This document shows positions 63,929-64,000 of a stretch of 64,000 nt of DNA, piece after piece. The notes beneath the pieces are model-generated. The model saw only the letters and a list, made by a program, of their open reading frames with translations, did no database searches and was not told where the DNA came from. This DNA is from a virus (taxonomy: Duplodnaviria > Caudoviricetes). A program made the position numbers and the translations under genes. Position 1 is the stretch's first letter. Every line of letters begins with the position of its first letter. The DNA is taken from the IMG/VR virus record IMGVR_UViG_3300042940_001591, one strand, 5' to 3'.

Positions 63929-64000
63929 CTTTTAAGTTATGGGTCTCCGATGGAAGTCCGCAAGAAAAATAGATGTTTTTCATCCATCAAAAAATTACCA

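Noticed and set aside
1-64000. Stop-codon reassignment (as in some jumbo/Lak phages)
   Set aside because: Core genes (PolB, terminase, portal, capsid, ClpC) are full length in the standard code; TAG and TGA act as real stops (e.g. 18007, 19970); no suppressor tRNA seen.
1-64000. CRISPR array, integrase or IS element
   Set aside because: No repeat-spacer periodicity or recombinase/transposase motifs found; the repeats seen are coding or operator-like.

Overview
AT-rich 64-kb segment of a T4-like (myovirus) jumbo phage that most likely infects Bacteroidota. Host evidence: repeated TTG-N20-TAnnTTTG promoters, a Bacteroidota-type bS21 and ClpC, T9SS-CTD-like domains and D(S/T)x glycosylation motifs. 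It contains tail sheath (partial), neck/tail-completion and spike genes, a SNF2 helicase, family-B DNA polymerase, three glycosyltransferases, dUTPase, PhoH, dCMP deaminase and a phage sigma factor. The head module (terminase, portal, protease, scaffold, major capsid) carries a ribosomal protein bS21 gene on the opposite strand. Further right are NTase/KTSC, Hsp20, an N-domain-less ClpC, an RNA-repair module, a 12-kb cluster of signal-peptide-bearing envelope proteins, and a tRNA array (11 tRNAs in the window) interspersed with structured non-tRNA elements. Two standout candidates: (1) a leader-peptide/terminator attenuator ahead of the tRNA array, whose codons 2-17 are all read by tRNAs of that array, i.e. 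a possible tRNA-depletion sensor; (2) a phage-encoded host-surface assembly locus with CsgG-like proteins, beta-barrels, stand-alone T9SS-CTD lipoproteins, and cohesin/dockerin/C-type-lectin adhesins. All family calls come from reading motifs by eye; no database searches or RNA folding were run.
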